Shown here: positions 1 to 8,539 of the stretch, piece after piece
Layout of the letters: each line of letters starts with the position of its first letter
How positions within the stretch are numbered: the stretch's first letter is position 1
Translations under genes and position numbers: made by a program
Notes under the pieces: model-generated
What the model was told of the DNA's origin: nothing
Database searches by the model: none
Seen by the model: only the letters and a program-made list of their open reading frames with translations
Source of the DNA: an uncultured bacterium
GTDB lineage: Bacteria; Muiribacteriota; Ozemobacteria; Ozemobacterales; Ozemobacteraceae
Length of the DNA stretch: 48,170 nt
Direction of reading: 5' to 3'
NCBI GenBank assembly: GCA_964597625.1
Contig: CAZQYQ010000002.1
Span: forward strand, 2,722 to 50,891

Positions 1-62
1 GCCGATTCAGGAAGCTCCGCCGATTCAGGAAGCTCCGCCGATTCAGGAAGCTCCGGAAGCTC
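1..62 (+). repeat. Perfect 18-nt tandem repeat x3 (gccgattcaggaagctcc) plus a partial unit, in frame as (ADSGSS)n
   Basis: Bases 1-18, 19-36 and 37-54 are identical. Bases 55-62 repeat ggaagctc. The array may continue upstream of the window. Confidence 0.9.
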
Positions 63-1023
63 GGGCGGTCAAGGCGGTGAAACCGCTACCAGCCAGTCAT
101 CGGCAGCTCTTCCGGGCGATACCGGAGAAAAGACGGAAAGCAGGATCGATCCCGCGGATAAAATGTTCTGCGAAGCACACATGAAACTCGCGCGGCGTCA
201 TTTCAAATCCGGCAATCTCGACAGAGCCAAAGAAGAGCTTGATCTGGTTATCGAACGCCAGGGCAACCATGCCGAAGCAAGGTTCATGCGCGCCGTGATA
301 GCGGCAAAAAGCAAGGATTACATGGGCGCATGGCGGCATATTTCCGTCGCCGAGCAGTCAGCCCCCGATCATCCCCGCATTAAGGAGTTCATTTCAAGGC
401 TTGAAAAGGCAATGCCCCGCCCCAGCGTCATCCCGGACGAGGTTGCGGCCAGACCGGCGGCAACCCACGCCTCGGAACTCCTCGGAGATGCGATCGAGTC
501 TCTGTTCGCCAACAAGGCGGCAAGCGGGAAACTCGTCGGTATCGGCTGCAACGGCTTATTGGAGCATGGTGGAAAGGCCGCCGCAGTCCTGGTTCTTGAT
601 GGAACCGCCCCCCTGGATGCCGACCCGATCAAACGTGCCCTGAAAGAAGCGCTCAACGGTGAAATCCAGGATACGAAAACAGCAAGCGGAGGCTCCAGCC
701 TCGAGATAACCGTTGAGATTCCCGGGCTGCCCCTGTTGAACCCGTCCGCAAAGCCGGTTTCCAGCCTCACTGAACTGCTCAAATCCGCGTCCGAAGAGAC
801 GGATGTCGCGCTCAAGAACAGCTCAGAAAGTGAGCCTGATGCGGACAAGCGCATCACCGGCACGTATACGATCGTCGCAGCCGGGCTGCGGAACGTCAAT
901 GATTTCATGAGAAAACTTTCCCCCCAGGCGGTCGACTGCCGCATCGTCCATCTTGCCAACACCACGATGAATGGCCAGAATGTCTGGAAGGGGGATGTCT
1001 GTTTCAGGTTTGCCGCGCCCTGA
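1..1023 (+). CDS. Hypothetical protein, 5'-truncated at window edge; S/G-rich low-complexity part followed by a TPR-like helical segment
   Basis: Frame 1 is open from base 1 (ADSGSS x3, SGSSGGQGGETATSQ...) into the listed ORF 163..1023, so the CDS probably starts upstream of the window. ATG 163 is an alternative start. HFKSGNLDRAKEELDLVIERQGNHAEARFMRAVI looks TPR-like by eye. No catalytic motif recognised. Confidence 0.55.
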   Translation, partial: ADSGSSADSGSSADSGSSGSSGGQGGETATSQSSAALPGDTGEKTESRIDPADKMFCEAHMKLARRHFKSGNLDRAKEELDLVIERQGNHAEARFMRAVIAAKSKDYMGAWRHISVAEQSAPDHPRIKEFISRLEKAMPRPSVIPDEVAARPAATHASELLGDAIESLFANKAASGKLVGIGCNGLLEHGGKAAAVLVLDGTAPLDADPIKRALKEALNGEIQDTKTASGGSSLEITVEIPGLPLLNPSAKPVSSLTELLKSASEETDVALKNSSESEPDADKRITGTYTIVAAGLRNVNDFMRKLSPQAVDCRIVHLANTTMNGQNVWKGDVCFRFAAP

Positions 1024-1090
1024 CAGCTGAACGATCTTTTTCCTGCTTCACGAATCACCTCCTCTCGCCGATAGGTGTGCTGAATTCTGC

Positions 1091-1972
1091 ATGCCTACCA
1101 TGTCGAGCTTTTCTCATGAACCCCGAGGCCCGCGACTCGTCACGCGATTCGCAGCGCCTGCCATCATAACGATTTTTCTTGCAGCCCTGGCTCTTTCCGG
1201 GTGGCTGATGACAGGCCGGAGCGCGGCATTCAACGGACGCGACCTGGCGGTACTGAACATCGCCGCTCCGGCATTTCTCGCGGGATGGCGCGCTCACAGG
1301 TGCAAGACGCCGGTCGGGCCCGCAATTCTTCAGGCACTGGCGGGAGGCCTTTTCATTCAGAAAGCGATGGAAACGGCTTCAAAATGCCGTGATGACGACC
1401 CATGGCGCGCCTGGCGTGCCAAGTTCCTGATGAACATCGGCACTTCGCTTGCCGAATCAGCTCCGGAAGGGCGATTTCGCTACCGGATGGATCTCGGGCC
1501 ATTCTGGTTTGAGGCCGGCCCGGGAGGCTGCAGATTCAGACCCGCGCTTCATGCGACTCTCGCTCCTCTTCTGAATCTGGCAGATGGAGCCAGGCTTGAC
1601 CTGAACAGGACCCTGCGCCTCGGCACGCTTTCGTTCGAACGCAATCGCAACAGCGACGGCACGATCGGGCGAAACGGGGCGCTTGCCTACAGCAATGCGA
1701 ATAATCTCGTCACCAACCGGGACGGCGACCATGTCGGGCATGAGCTGGTCCATACCTTCCAGTATCGCCGCGAAGCGTTTCTCAGCCCGAGCCTCGGACA
1801 GATTTTCCCAGCCATCCGCTGTCGGACAGGCCGATGGATTGACGACACCGGCTGGTCGGTCGCCTGGGCCGCCGAGTGCCTGATGGCTGACATCCGGGGG
1901 CAGAAGCGGGATTTCGACATTCCGATGGAGCGCGAAGCCTATGAGCTGACCAGCAGCTTCAGATGCCACTGA
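1091..1972 (+). CDS. Membrane-anchored hypothetical protein with an HExxH metalloprotease-type motif
   Basis: ATG at 1091. N-terminal hydrophobic helix AAPAIITIFLAALALSGWLM. Motif DGDHVGHELVHTFQYRRE (HELVH then Q, reminiscent of HExxHxxQ of DUF4157-like domains, by eye only). Confidence 0.6.
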   Translation: MPTMSSFSHEPRGPRLVTRFAAPAIITIFLAALALSGWLMTGRSAAFNGRDLAVLNIAAPAFLAGWRAHRCKTPVGPAILQALAGGLFIQKAMETASKCRDDDPWRAWRAKFLMNIGTSLAESAPEGRFRYRMDLGPFWFEAGPGGCRFRPALHATLAPLLNLADGARLDLNRTLRLGTLSFERNRNSDGTIGRNGALAYSNANNLVTNRDGDHVGHELVHTFQYRREAFLSPSLGQIFPAIRCRTGRWIDDTGWSVAWAAECLMADIRGQKRDFDIPMEREAYELTSSFRCH

Positions 1973-2068
1973 GCGAGGGCTGAGCCCGCCGAAGGATGGC
2001 GCCTCGGAAGGTGCGGATATCCGAACTGCGTCGTGCAGGCGGGCTTCCGAAGGGTGTATACTTCGTCC

Positions 2069-4303
2069 ATGACCGTCCCTCCCGCCCCCGCCCGGGCACG
2101 GGCCGTGCTGATCCTTATCGGCATGAAGACACGGCTTCTCTGGAACACGCTGCGAGCCAAGCAGGGATTCTGGAATCTGCTCGTCATTTTGTTGTTCGCC
2201 TTGTGCTGGTGCGTATTTGCGGCCCGGGAAGCGGCTTCGCTGACGCAGTTTCTCGAGGTACTCTTCCTTGCCGAGCCGGCCCGGCAGCTGCTTTCGGCAG
2301 CTCTCGCCTATGCGCTTCTGATCGTTTTTACCAGTGACATCCTGATGGGTCATACGATGAACACCGGCCAGATGAGCACGGACATGAGTTTTCTGTCGAC
2401 GTTGCCGGCCTCGCCCGGTTCGCTTCTCATCGTCAAGCTGTATGAACGCCTCATGACCGACTGGCTCGGGTTCATCATCCTGTTCAGCGGCTTTCTGGGA
2501 CTCGCCTGGCCGGGTCATGTCACGATTGAATGGCTTCTTCTGTCGCTCCTGCTCTATATAGAAATCGAGCTCGTGACCGGCATGGCGCTCACTCTCACCG
2601 GAACCACCCTTCAGAGGCTGTTCAGGCCGGCGGCAATCGAGAACATGTTTTCCCTGCTCGGCTACATCTGCGCCTTTATCGGCCTTGCACCGTTCATCAT
2701 CATCTCTTCGGCACCGGTCGAATCGGCGATGGCTCTCCTGAAGTATACGGCCAACTTCAGCGGATTCGCGGGACTGGTGCTTTCTCCTTCCCGGTGGCTG
2801 GCGGACTCGCTTCTCGACGGCATCGCGAGCCCGTCTTTTTTCAGGTTTCAGCTTTTCTGGCTGATCCTCCTGGCTGCCGGAACCGGTCTTTTCCTCTTAA
2901 CGTCCCACTGGAACTGGATCACCTGGGTTCATCCGGGCCGCAGGCTTGAAATCAAAAGCGGTCGTCATTTCCTTTCAGGCCTGATCCGTAAAGAATCGGT
3001 CCTGTTGCGAAGCGACTGGAATATCCTGACCAACTCGCTGATGATGCCGATATCCATTATCGTCATGCAGATATGGGCATTCAGGGAGTTCCTCACGGTC
3101 AACCCCGAAACCCGCGGCATGAACATGATGGCAGCCGCCCTCATGTATTTTTCGATGTTCGGTCCGCTGAACTCGGTGGGAAGCGAAGGGAAGGCGATCT
3201 CTCTGCTCGAGACGCTCCCGGTTTCCCCCGGCCGGATTATCGGACTCAAAACGCTCTTCTGGAGCGTCATCGCCGGAATTTGTTTTATACCTACATCTAT
3301 ATTTACAGGGTTATATCTCCGCTTTTCGCCGATCTCGATTTTCAGGATCATTCTCTGGCTGCTGATCATCACTCCGGCTCTTGTCTGGACAGCTGTCTCG
3401 ATGTCGGCCCTCTATGCCCGTTACGAAGGGAAAGTCCTTCAGCAGCGCACGTATCTTGCGGCGAAACTGCTCGCCCCGCTGGTGATGGGGCTTATCGTAT
3501 CCGTGAAAGACGTTTCGCTTCCATCCCTCCTGAACGCCGTCGTATTCCTGATGCTCGCCTCATCGCTTCATTTCAAGGGCGCCGAAACCCTGGAGCGACG
3601 CCTCGATCCGGATGGGCTCAGGCAACCCTGTTTCAAGGCCACGGATGCGTTCCTGACAATCATCATTCTCCTGGGAATCCAGCGTTTCATCTCGACCGTC
3701 GCGTCAACCGCGATTCCGCCGGAAATTCAGGGACTCTGGCCCTGGCTGATCGCATATCTGATCAATATCCCCATTCTGGCACACACCTGCCGCACCTACG
3801 CGCGCGACCGGTTTTCCGCACCCGCAGCGGCTCTGGGCTGGCGAAGATGCAACCCCGTCTATGCCGTCGAATCGCTTGTTTCAGGTCTTCTTCTGGGCGG
3901 CATCACTCTCGGCTGGCTTGATTTTCTTGATGGAAAGGGTCTGCAGGTGTTCGCGGCCGGCGCGGATGTCTGGAGCATCGCCCAGAGGCTTCTCGGACCG
4001 CAGGGGGGCATGGCGTTTGTTTTTGTGGGGTTCTGTATGATCGCTCCGATCATCGAGGAGACGTTTTTCCGCGGATTTTTCTCTCAGGCTCTCTCCGGCC
4101 TCGGCTGGAGGGGAACGGGAGGAATCATCCTGAACGGGATCCTCTTCGCCCTGATGTATCCCCCCGCATACCTGCTTCCGGCAGCCCTCCTCGGAATGAC
4201 GGCCGCCTCGCTTTTCCGGAGAACGCAAAGTCTGTGGCCCTGTGTGCTTCTGCATTCGACCTGGTGCGCCCTGGCTCTGATGATCCATGCAGGCCGGATG
4301 TGA
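2069..4303 (+). CDS. Large polytopic membrane protein with a C-terminal CPBP (CAAX/Rce1-like, Abi) intramembrane protease domain
   Basis: The track ORF 2033..4303 begins at GTG and the first ATG is 2069, so the start is uncertain. Very hydrophobic throughout. The C-terminal part carries PIIEETFFRGFF (EExxxR motif), ILFALMYPP (the motif-2 position, but His appears replaced by Tyr) and LLHSTWCAL (His motif). Confidence 0.7.
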   Translation: MTVPPAPARARAVLILIGMKTRLLWNTLRAKQGFWNLLVILLFALCWCVFAAREAASLTQFLEVLFLAEPARQLLSAALAYALLIVFTSDILMGHTMNTGQMSTDMSFLSTLPASPGSLLIVKLYERLMTDWLGFIILFSGFLGLAWPGHVTIEWLLLSLLLYIEIELVTGMALTLTGTTLQRLFRPAAIENMFSLLGYICAFIGLAPFIIISSAPVESAMALLKYTANFSGFAGLVLSPSRWLADSLLDGIASPSFFRFQLFWLILLAAGTGLFLLTSHWNWITWVHPGRRLEIKSGRHFLSGLIRKESVLLRSDWNILTNSLMMPISIIVMQIWAFREFLTVNPETRGMNMMAAALMYFSMFGPLNSVGSEGKAISLLETLPVSPGRIIGLKTLFWSVIAGICFIPTSIFTGLYLRFSPISIFRIILWLLIITPALVWTAVSMSALYARYEGKVLQQRTYLAAKLLAPLVMGLIVSVKDVSLPSLLNAVVFLMLASSLHFKGAETLERRLDPDGLRQPCFKATDAFLTIIILLGIQRFISTVASTAIPPEIQGLWPWLIAYLINIPILAHTCRTYARDRFSAPAAALGWRRCNPVYAVESLVSGLLLGGITLGWLDFLDGKGLQVFAAGADVWSIAQRLLGPQGGMAFVFVGFCMIAPIIEETFFRGFFSQALSGLGWRGTGGIILNGILFALMYPPAYLLPAALLGMTAASLFRRTQSLWPCVLLHSTWCALALMIHAGRM

Positions 4304-4409
4304 GTGCCGGCGCTGTCGAATGTTCCCGCATGCAGGTTGATTTGCATTTGCTGCCGCATTCATCGTACAACTGAACCTGATACGCCTCACCATTCCGGAG
4401 GATACACCC

Positions 4410-5651
4410 ATGCTCTACCGAACCATGCCTAAAACCCGCGAGCCCCTGTCAATTCTGGGCTTCGGCTGCATGCGGCTCCCGCAGAAGAACCGCGGCATCG
4501 ACGAGACTGCGGCACTGGAATTAATAGATATTGCTCTAGAAAAAGGCGTCACCTATTTCGACACGGCGGTTCCGTATCACATGGGCGCGAGCGAACCCTT
4601 CCTCGGCCGCGCTCTTGCGCGTGACAACAAGCGCTCGAAGGTGAAAATCGCGACCAAGCTGCCGCACTGGCAGACGCATTCCGTTCGCGACATGGAAGCC
4701 GTCTTTGCTTCCCAGCTGGAACATCTGCAGACCGACGTCATTGATTATTATCTCGTTCACAGCCTGAATGCCTCTACCTGGATCAAAGCACGGGAAGCGG
4801 GCGTCCTGGATTTTCTCGACCAGGCCCGGCGCGATGGCCGGATCAGATTCGCCGGATTCTCCTATCACGGCACGCGCGAAGGCTTCTCGCCGATCGTGGA
4901 TGCCTACACCTGGGACTTCTGCCAGATCCAATACAATATTCTCGACGAGCAGAACCAGGCCGGCACGGCGGGCCTCGAATATGCCGCTTCCAAGGGGCTC
5001 GGGGTGATCGTCATGGAGCCGCTGAGGGGCGGGAACCTCGCCCGGACGCCCCCCGCCGAGATTCAATCCGTCTGGAACAGGTCCGAAACGAAACGCAGTC
5101 CCGCGGAATGGGCGCTGCGCTGGGTCTGGAACCGACCGGAAGTCTCCGTCGTCCTGTCGGGAATGAATCACCCGGATCAGCTCAAAGAGAATCTGAAGAT
5201 CGCTGACGAGGCACTGCCCGGCTCACTGACAGGCGAAGAGCTGTCCCTGGTCAGTGAAGCGGCAGCCACCTACCGCAAGCTGATGAAAGTTGGCTGCACC
5301 GGCTGCCAGTATTGTCTTCCCTGCCCTGCCGGCGTCGACATTCCGGGGTGTTTCGAAAGCTATAATAGCCTTCACCTCTTTCAGGATCCCGGTGCTTCCG
5401 GTTTTTACCTGATCCGCATGGGCGGCGCCATGGGAAAACCGGCCATGGCGTCCCAGTGCATCCGATGCGGAGCCTGCGTCAGGAAATGCCCCCAGTCGAT
5501 TCCGATTCCCGATATTCTGCCGGATGTCGCGAAAGCATTCGAGGGAAGACTGTTCAAACCCAAGGTCTGGGCCGTGAAAACAGCCATGAAACTGCAACGC
5601 CTCTGGACGCTGTTCAAGAACAAGAAAAAGGCACGCAGGCAACGCGCGTAG
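4410..5651 (+). CDS. Aldo/keto reductase with a C-terminal 4Fe-4S ferredoxin-type domain
   Basis: SD ggagga 8 nt upstream of ATG 4410. AKR-like N-terminus (LSILGFGCMRLP, GVTYFDTAVPYH, IDYYLVHS). C-terminal Cys clusters CTGCQYCLPCP and CIRCGACVRKCP. Confidence 0.85.
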   Translation: MLYRTMPKTREPLSILGFGCMRLPQKNRGIDETAALELIDIALEKGVTYFDTAVPYHMGASEPFLGRALARDNKRSKVKIATKLPHWQTHSVRDMEAVFASQLEHLQTDVIDYYLVHSLNASTWIKAREAGVLDFLDQARRDGRIRFAGFSYHGTREGFSPIVDAYTWDFCQIQYNILDEQNQAGTAGLEYAASKGLGVIVMEPLRGGNLARTPPAEIQSVWNRSETKRSPAEWALRWVWNRPEVSVVLSGMNHPDQLKENLKIADEALPGSLTGEELSLVSEAAATYRKLMKVGCTGCQYCLPCPAGVDIPGCFESYNSLHLFQDPGASGFYLIRMGGAMGKPAMASQCIRCGACVRKCPQSIPIPDILPDVAKAFEGRLFKPKVWAVKTAMKLQRLWTLFKNKKKARRQRA

Positions 5652-5703
5652 GAAACGCCATCATCTCCGACAAGGAAAAGGCCGTGTTTTTCGAACGAGC
5701 GAG

Positions 5704-6228
5704 TCAGCTCCAGTCGCCCTGGAGTTTGTTGAGGTGGTTTCGGGTGAGGCCGAATGCGGTGTCGGCGCAGTCAGAGAACGCTTCGTCTTCGATCGTGCCT
5801 CGCAGCAGGACAGCCTCGAAGATGGCATCGTTCAGCCGCTTCATCAGCGCCTCGTCGGTACACTCGGAGATATTCAGCACGGAAACGAGCCGGCATGCTT
5901 CCTGCATCAGGGGAAACAGTTTCCGGCCCGCCCCGTCTCCGATCGTTGTCGCCAGCACATCGAACAACCTCCGATGAACCTCCGGGGGAAGCCCGTCCAC
6001 GGCGTTCTGCAGCACCTGCGCAGCCGCCGTGCGGATGCCAGGCTCCTCTTCGGAATTGCCGAGGAGAATGGCCAGGCACTCCGCCAGCTCTAATCTCCGC
6101 TCATCGGAAAGGCTCCGCCAGAGGTTTGCGCCTTCCCGGAAAAGGGAAACCGCGGCACCGATACGTTCATCCCGGTTCCTCTTTCCGTCGGTGAAAAGGT
6201 CGAAAAAAATTTCGCTTCCAGCGGCCAT
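5704..6228 (-). CDS. Hypothetical protein (helical, HEAT/ARM-like by eye)
   Basis: Start ATG (cat 6226-6228) is preceded on the minus strand by AAGGAGG. Plausible amino-acid composition, whereas the overlapping + strand ORFs are R/P/S-rich junk. No motif recognised. Confidence 0.6.
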   Translation of the reverse strand: MAAGSEIFFDLFTDGKRNRDERIGAAVSLFREGANLWRSLSDERRLELAECLAILLGNSEEEPGIRTAAAQVLQNAVDGLPPEVHRRLFDVLATTIGDGAGRKLFPLMQEACRLVSVLNISECTDEALMKRLNDAIFEAVLLRGTIEDEAFSDCADTAFGLTRNHLNKLQGDWS

Positions 6229-6267
6229 GACCGCCTCCTTGGTATATGATAATTTATATATTATGCT

Positions 6268-7536
6268 TCATCCGAAACGCAGGGTGTCGTCGCGGGGGTA
6301 GGTAAGGCTCTTCCCGTCGAGCTCGCAATACCCGTCGGGCTTTTCGCACAACAGGGCATACTCGGACCTGCCGGTCCAGCCGTGGCCCGACGAGCGAACC
6401 GGGTTCTGCGCGAGGTATGCCTCGGCTTCCCGGAGCGTGTCGAATCGTTTGACGACAGAGACGGCGTCGATCATGCCCTGGGTGATCTCCAACAGAGCCA
6501 GCACGACATCGCGGGTACGGTCCGGGTCGATCGGCTCCTTCGGCGCCGGGTGGAGGCGACGCAGCCACTCCTCCCGCGAAAACTCCAGCCCCTCGGGAAA
6601 CGCGAGACAGAGACTTCCCCAGAAAGGAATGGTGGTGACGGTCGGCATCTCGCGAGCGAAGATTTCCTCGAGTCTGCGCATGGCTTCCTTCTCGGTTGGA
6701 TACTTCGTTCGTACGCGGTCCCACATGTTCCCGAGGGAGTGGCACATGCTGTCCCAGGAAATGTCGTGGACATGGAGACAGTGCTTCACGAGCGGCGCAA
6801 AGGGCAGGATGGCCGCAATGATCACGAACCGGGGCGTTCGCGAAGGATGAACCACAGCCACGGCTTCCAGGCATTTCGGGAGCCAGTCGTCGTGATCGAC
6901 GAGTCGGTTTTTCGCCTTGACCAGCTCGCGCGCAAGCTGGAACGCCTGCACGCCTGTCGTCAGGCCGGCAGCCGAAGCGATGCCGGGGATCGCTGCAAAA
7001 AAGCCCTCCGACTCGACGTCGGGATTTCCGGTGAGCAGCGGCAGAAGTCCGGCGAAGGCCTCGATGTCGCGCACCTTGCGCAGGACCGGTTCGAGCTTGG
7101 GAAATGCCGTGTGCAAGGCTTTCAGAAGCCGCTCATCGAGGCAGGCAACGAGCCTGCCCAACAGGTGAGGCTCTCTCCGCACCTGATCGACGAAGGCTGA
7201 CTTCGCCGGAAAGTATTCTGCGACCGCCTTTTCCGGGGCCGTTACAGTCACGGCATAGCGCGTGATAATCACGTCGGACAGCTTTTTCCCGAGCAGTTCC
7301 GCATGCGCCTTCGCATCGAGCAGAACGGTCCGGAGGGCTTTCAGATCAGGAACGGTGCGCAGGATCGGCGACAGCAGCCCGGCATGCACCTCGAATAGCC
7401 GCGCGCCCAGCTCGTTCCCATCGCGATCGAGAAGGAAGCTTCCCAGGAAGGAAAAATCATCGCCATCAACCGTCTTCCGGTAGGATGCAAACAATGATTC
7501 GAGTTCCGCGACTTCGTTTGCCATAAACCTTCGCAT
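6268..7536 (-). CDS. Hypothetical protein, no recognisable domain
   Basis: 422-aa ORF with balanced composition. An alternative start at ATG 7524 (MANEV...) has better SD spacing (gagagga). Lies 39 nt upstream of the 5704..6228 gene on the same strand. Confidence 0.6.
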   Translation of the reverse strand: MRRFMANEVAELESLFASYRKTVDGDDFSFLGSFLLDRDGNELGARLFEVHAGLLSPILRTVPDLKALRTVLLDAKAHAELLGKKLSDVIITRYAVTVTAPEKAVAEYFPAKSAFVDQVRREPHLLGRLVACLDERLLKALHTAFPKLEPVLRKVRDIEAFAGLLPLLTGNPDVESEGFFAAIPGIASAAGLTTGVQAFQLARELVKAKNRLVDHDDWLPKCLEAVAVVHPSRTPRFVIIAAILPFAPLVKHCLHVHDISWDSMCHSLGNMWDRVRTKYPTEKEAMRRLEEIFAREMPTVTTIPFWGSLCLAFPEGLEFSREEWLRRLHPAPKEPIDPDRTRDVVLALLEITQGMIDAVSVVKRFDTLREAEAYLAQNPVRSSGHGWTGRSEYALLCEKPDGYCELDGKSLTYPRDDTLRFG

Positions 7537-7669
7537 CCTCTCGTCATATGTACCTATCGGTATTCAACATACATGATCTCGAAAGACAGGTGCAACACCC
7601 ACGAAAACGTTGATTCGGAAGCTCTTATTCCAGAATACAGATGATGCCCCCAAATTCCCGGAACAATTC

Positions 7670-7695
7670 CCCGTCTCTGTCAGGCGGGTTTTTTT
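7670..7695 (+). terminator. Orphan intrinsic-terminator-like hairpin plus T7 run in a divergent intergenic region
   Basis: cccgtct (7670-7676) pairs with aggcggg (7682-7688), 7 bp including one G-U. Loop is ctgtc, followed by ttttttt (7689-7695). No + strand gene ends upstream of it. Confidence 0.45.
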
Positions 7696-7918
7696 AATCC
7701 GTGGAAGTCAGGGTTTGATGGTCTGGAGGTATGCTTTTATCTGCTTCTGACGGGGAAACCCGGGCATTTACGCGGTAGTCCGAATTTTTCCTGTTTGCGT
7801 TGACCGGCTCGGGTTGCCGATCAGAAGCGCGATGCCAGAGGCCGGGAAAAATACTTCTTGCCAAAACAGACAATCTTTATACATTTCTGACTTGCGTTTA
7901 TTACGTGGAGGTGTCGTC

Positions 7919-8452
7919 ATGCGTTCAACCCATCTATTCGTGCTCGGCCTGCTCGTTCTGGCCAGTGCCGCCTTTGCGGCGCAGAATGTCACAATCGAGC
8001 CTCTCAATGCCCCTTACAAGTCCTCGCCGACCATGAACACCAGCCCTGACACAGCATTCGGCTTCACGCAGTACAATGCGAATGCCGGCCGTTACGATCG
8101 CAATGCTGACGGCCGGGTCGATCTGATCGTCGCTGATCGCAATGGTGACGGTCGCGGCGACTACTGGGCGACCGACCGGAATTTTGACGGAATGATCGAT
8201 GATTACCAGTATGACCGGAATTTCGACGGCCGCATCGATCAGTGGGAATACGACCTGAATTACGACGGCGTTTCCGACAAAATCTATGTTGATGCAAACG
8301 GGGACGGTCGGCCCGATATGTATGCAGGGCTGAATCCCGGCTCGCAAACATATACCTGGTACGGAAATCTCTCAGGAGTACAGGCCGCCGGAGGCCTCTC
8401 GAAAAAAGCTCAGCGCCGCCTTGCCTCTGGTCAGGCCGCGAATTCTTACTGA
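7919..8452 (+). CDS. Secreted protein with six tandem DxNxDGxxD calcium-binding-type loops
   Basis: ATG 7919 lies 8 nt after GGAG (7907-7910). Signal peptide MRSTHLFVLGLLVLASAAFAAQ. Repeats DRNADGRVD, DRNGDGRGD, DRNFDGMID, DRNFDGRID, DLNYDGVSD, DANGDGRPD. The track ORF start 7814 is a spurious N-terminal extension. Confidence 0.8.
   Translation: MRSTHLFVLGLLVLASAAFAAQNVTIEPLNAPYKSSPTMNTSPDTAFGFTQYNANAGRYDRNADGRVDLIVADRNGDGRGDYWATDRNFDGMIDDYQYDRNFDGRIDQWEYDLNYDGVSDKIYVDANGDGRPDMYAGLNPGSQTYTWYGNLSGVQAAGGLSKKAQRRLASGQAANSY
8096..8329 (+). repeat. Six consecutive 13-residue (39-nt) coding repeats, D-x-N-x-D-G-x-x-D core
   Basis: Residues 60-137 of the 7919 CDS: DRNADGRVDLIVA / DRNGDGRGDYWAT / DRNFDGMIDDYQY / DRNFDGRIDQWEY / DLNYDGVSDKIYV / DANGDGRPDMYAG. 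Confidence 0.85.
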
Positions 8453-8464
8453 TTCTCGTTCATC

Positions 8465-8498
8465 AGCAGGGGCACGGGATACCGTGCTCCTGCTTTTT
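8465..8498 (+). terminator. Rho-independent terminator of the 7919..8452 gene
   Basis: 13-bp stem agcaggggcacgg (8465-8477) / ccgtgctcctgct (8482-8494) with one G-U. Loop is gata, then a T run 8494-8498 followed by attt. Confidence 0.8.
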
Positions 8499-8508
8499 AT
8501 TTGGCTTC

Positions 8509-8539
8509 TTGACAGCTCCCCGGCTTTGATACGTATAAT
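8509..8539 (+). promoter_or_regulatory. Sigma70-type promoter with both consensus hexamers (TTGACA ... TATAAT)
   Basis: TTGACA at 8509-8514 and TATAAT at 8534-8539. The spacer is 19 nt, longer than the 17-nt optimum. Lies about 55 nt upstream of ATG 8595. Confidence 0.55.

Noticed and set aside
1457-2518. 353-aa minus-strand ORF spanning two + strand genes; similar long shadow ORFs at 369..1058, 6382..7200, 26171..27025, 36464..37396, 37934..38824, 40511..41293 and 41896..42615
   Set aside because: All overlap CDSs with clear family motifs on the opposite strand. All have R/G/P/A-biased composition typical of antisense frames in GC-rich DNA. None has a motif or a plausible SD.
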